Shown here in pieces: positions 60,775-64,000 of a stretch of DNA of 64,000 nucleotides. The stretch spans positions 32,001 through 96,000 of the forward strand of contig JBDRQI010000001.1 of assembly GCA_043826355.1 (NCBI GenBank), read 5' to 3'. Every line of letters starts with the position of its first letter. Position 1 is the stretch's first letter. A model generated the notes under the pieces. The model was not told where the DNA came from. It saw only the letters and a list, made by a program, of their open reading frames with translations, and did not search any database. The position numbers were made by a program, and so were the translations under genes. This DNA comes from Candidatus Omnitrophota bacterium. Lineage in GTDB: Bacteria; Ratteibacteria; UBA8468; MWAK01.

Positions 60775-61271
60775 TCAATTTCGGAGATTCTGTTTTCGGC
60801 GAGTCATTAAACCGATGGTCCGTTGTGTACGTCTTCAGCAATCAGGGGAGACAGGAGCAAACCCGCATTCTCCATATGAAGATAGAAATTTCTATGGACA
60901 AAATGACCTTTTATCGTCTATGATATAGATAAAAATAGATGGCAGAGGCGACGAACAATGAACGGGCCTGGAAAGGCATTATGAAAAAGATAGGCGGACT
61001 TTGTTCGGCGCCCGGATGACAGAATAAGTTCTTCAGAAACATCAGCGCTGATTTAAGAATCAACGCGTCAAGGGCGCATTTACAAATCAGCCCTCGGTTG
61101 CGGTGACTTGACCTGAAAACAGAGTTTCAGGGTGCTTAGGAATAAAAATTTGGAGCTTTTTAATTTACAGATAGATACATCGTGGTAAAATATGATGAAC
61201 AAGGCAGACTATCAGGCTGAAATATTTATTTTTGATGGGCAAACGGAGGATGTCAATTGAAGAAACTTAAA

Positions 61272-64000
61272 ATGAACGGGCGGCAAAAAAACAAAAAGAC
61301 AAACGACGGACAACGCAAAAAGATTGTTTTTTCGGAACTTCAATCCCATTTTGATGAGCCGGAAATAAAGTATGCACCCTTTGAATGGCTCACGAACTGG
61401 GAAAAAATGACAAAAAACGACTCTGAAACTTTGAATTTACTGGTGTCTGAATCTATTAATCAGCGAGCTAATCCCGGTTATGTTTTTATTTGTTTAAAGG
61501 AACGGGACCGGAAATCTTTTCTTTCACCGGAATATCTTGATATCTTCGGCGATGCTTTGAAAATAGCGGAAGATAACGGCGTCGCTCTCAGTTATTGCGA
61601 TGAATGGACCTGGCCCAGCGGTCAGGCCGGCGGGAATTTGCTCGAAAAACATCCCGAATTACGGGCGGAAACACTGTATTATGAAATCAGAGAGGTTTTG
61701 GGCGGTCAAACGATTCATCTTGACGAGTCATTTTTTACTGTGGCCGCTCGCTGCGAAGGCGGGTCGTGGAAAAATTCCGCGAAAATAATAAGCTCGACGC
61801 TTGATGTTATCAGTCAGGGGCCGGAACGGGACTGGGATGTCCCACCCCCACCGAGTGGTTATTGGCGAATATATCGATTTGTAAAACGGTTGAGAAACAT
61901 GCCGGAAGTATGGGGGCGATGTAACGTTAATTATCTGGATAGACGCTTACCCGGGCATTTTATTGAACTTGCTCACCAACCGTATGAAGAACGCTTCGGA
62001 GAATATTTCGGAAAAACCATCCCCGGTTTCTTCATGGACCATGAAGGCGCTTACGGCAGGAAACTTGCCTGGTCGGATGATTTTGAAAATGAATACCGGC
62101 AGAAAAAAGGACGCGATATTCGCTTGTGGATGCCCTTGATGATTCATAAAGATAGCGAGGGCAAATGGGCGAAAGCCCGATGGGACTGGTATGATGTGGT
62201 TTCGGACCTTTATGCGGACAATCTCTTAAAAAAGGTAAGTGAATGGGCTGCCGAAAGAGGGATGTATCATACGATACACTGCTGGGAAGAAAATCTGATA
62301 ATACAGGCAATTTATGCCGGAAGTATTTTTAAGGCAATGCGCGCGGTTAGCTTACCGGGAGTCGATTGTTTGGGAGACCTCGGTTTATGGGTGCGCCTTT
62401 TCAAAGAGACTCAATCCGTCACTGAATTTGAAGGGCGCCGCTTTATGAGCGAGTGTTTCGGCGCGAAAGGATGGAATCTTTCGCCTGTTCTTATGAAGAA
62501 AGTGGCCAATTCAATGACCACGTGGGGCGTCAGCCATGTTATCCCGGCCGCCGTTGCTATAAACCGGGATTTAAGAAAAGTGATTTATCCCCACGAACTG
62601 TATGGCATGCCGTATTGGCGCCATTTACATAAATGGAACGACTTTGTGCGAAGAACATCCTATGTTAACTCACACGGACATATGGTACCTGACGCATTGA
62701 TAGTCTATCCGATTGACAGTGTTTGGGCCGCCATCGGAGGCAACATTTTCGACGCAAATGTTGAAAACTTGATTTACGAAATTGATACAATAACCGACGG
62801 TTGGATGGAGCCTAAAGCATTGGTGAAACAAGAGGCGGGCAAACAAACGGACAATGCCGAATATATCGACCGTGTCGAGGAAATTTATACCGGGATCATT
62901 AAAGACCTGGATGCGTTGCGTGTGGAGTTTCTAATTGCTGATTCAGAATATATCCAGGCGATGGACGTTAGTTCTGAAGGCAGGCTGACCAAAGGAGATT
63001 TTAATTTCAAAGCGGTTATTTTGCCGCCGCTGCTCATTCTTCCGTTCAAAATCATGGAGAAGATACTCTCTTTCGCTCAAAAAGGCGGTGAGGTGTATTT
63101 TGTGGGTGAACCGCCTACCGGTTCGACTGAGCATGGACTGCCTGATTCAAGAATGAAAGAGATTGCCGATAAGCTGGCCTCGCTTCCCACCGTATATCAG
63201 GTTGAAAAATCCATCTATCCCTATTGCCGAAAGGGTTCGGGACTGGAGCCGAAAGTTGAATTTTTACACGGTGATTTCCCCCTTTTAGAACAGCACCGGC
63301 GTATTGACGGCAAAGATTTCTATTGGCTGGCAAACAATACGGGTCAAAAACGGGTTTCTCAAATTAAATTCCGGGGAGCCAAAGGCCGGGCTTCAATCTG
63401 GAACTGCGAAACCGGGAAGATAACGCCGGTAGCATCGATCGAAGAAGACGGCGGCAGTGTTTTGTCCCTGGTCTTTGAACCATATGAAGGATATTGGCTG
63501 GTCTTTGACGATAGCGCAAGAGCGGTTGCCAATACGCCAAGAAGGGAAAAGGATAAGAATAAGAATTATTGCATTGCCGAAGTTGATCCCACGTGGAAAA
63601 TCTACATCAATACGAATGATCAACCTCCCGCGCCTTATCCTGATTTTATCCCGGCAATTCCGGAAAAACTGCTCATGGAAAATGGCGGCATCAAGGATAG
63701 GTTAAAATTGTGGTCCGAGTGGGACTTAACAAAATTTAGCGGATTCGTAACCTATGAAAATCACTTTTTGCTGCCTGAAAAATACAGTTCGCTTATGCTG
63801 TCTCTCGGAAAATTAAGTCACTTCGTGGAAGTGTGGCTCAACGACCGTTTCGTTGATTCGCGTCTGTGGCCTGCTTATGAGTTTGATATTTCTGCCTTTA
63901 CGGTGAAAGGGAAAAACAAATTGAAAATTGTTATTGGCAACCTGCTTTGCAACGTACGTCCATCTCCCGGCGGCCTTTTCCAACATAAAGAGAAAGCGGA
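61272..64000 (+). CDS. Large glycoside hydrolase, GH106 (alpha-L-rhamnosidase)-like; 3'-truncated by window and absent from the ORF track
   Basis: Manual translation is open from ATG 61272 to the end: DEWTWPSGQAGG, IPGFFMDHE, PGVD, MSECFG and a C-terminal beta-sandwich (FSG..TY, EVWLND, GKNKLKI). Confidence 0.8.
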   Translation, partial: MNGRQKNKKTNDGQRKKIVFSELQSHFDEPEIKYAPFEWLTNWEKMTKNDSETLNLLVSESINQRANPGYVFICLKERDRKSFLSPEYLDIFGDALKIAEDNGVALSYCDEWTWPSGQAGGNLLEKHPELRAETLYYEIREVLGGQTIHLDESFFTVAARCEGGSWKNSAKIISSTLDVISQGPERDWDVPPPPSGYWRIYRFVKRLRNMPEVWGRCNVNYLDRRLPGHFIELAHQPYEERFGEYFGKTIPGFFMDHEGAYGRKLAWSDDFENEYRQKKGRDIRLWMPLMIHKDSEGKWAKARWDWYDVVSDLYADNLLKKVSEWAAERGMYHTIHCWEENLIIQAIYAGSIFKAMRAVSLPGVDCLGDLGLWVRLFKETQSVTEFEGRRFMSECFGAKGWNLSPVLMKKVANSMTTWGVSHVIPAAVAINRDLRKVIYPHELYGMPYWRHLHKWNDFVRRTSYVNSHGHMVPDALIVYPIDSVWAAIGGNIFDANVENLIYEIDTITDGWMEPKALVKQEAGKQTDNAEYIDRVEEIYTGIIKDLDALRVEFLIADSEYIQAMDVSSEGRLTKGDFNFKAVILPPLLILPFKIMEKILSFAQKGGEVYFVGEPPTGSTEHGLPDSRMKEIADKLASLPTVYQVEKSIYPYCRKGSGLEPKVEFLHGDFPLLEQHRRIDGKDFYWLANNTGQKRVSQIKFRGAKGRASIWNCETGKITPVASIEEDGGSVLSLVFEPYEGYWLVFDDSARAVANTPRREKDKNKNYCIAEVDPTWKIYINTNDQPPAPYPDFIPAIPEKLLMENGGIKDRLKLWSEWDLTKFSGFVTYENHFLLPEKYSSLMLSLGKLSHFVEVWLNDRFVDSRLWPAYEFDISAFTVKGKNKLKIVIGNLLCNVRPSPGGLFQHKEKA

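Noticed and set aside
61200..64000. Apparent ORF desert suggesting stop-codon recoding or a large ncRNA
   Set aside because: Manual translation shows a normal open frame that runs off the window end.

Overview
A gene-dense bacterial chromosome segment (standard code; TAA/TAG/TGA all used as stops), probably from an anaerobe. It is mostly housekeeping and metabolic genes: gnd (partial), PFK, LarA/LarC-family, tsaD, tRNA-Glu, prepilin peptidase, recG, ligA, Xer recombinase, eno, rsmA, yajC, metX/metW, typA, PilT-family ATPase, ftsZ, a 2932-aa cyclic beta-1,2-glucan synthase, dinB, and a GH106-like hydrolase running off the right edge. The best candidate for an undescribed system is 28.1-34.4 kb. 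A promoter and a Na+-riboswitch-like (DUF1646-type) leader with an overlapping terminator precede mscS, an asparagine-synthetase-like ligase lacking the catalytic N-terminal Cys, a single-chain B12 protein that aligns by eye with glutamate mutase S+E, an opine dehydrogenase and a CmpX/MscS-TM protein. I infer a salt-induced pathway that makes and releases an unusual opine-type compatible solute. The window also holds many palindromic repeats: a RAYT/REP locus, nested REPs, REPs translated in frame inside recG, larA, an RNase HII-like gene and a pcm-acyP junction, and two diverged copies of a ~190-nt rod-like element with compensatory changes. All family assignments are by motif recognition; no searches were run.
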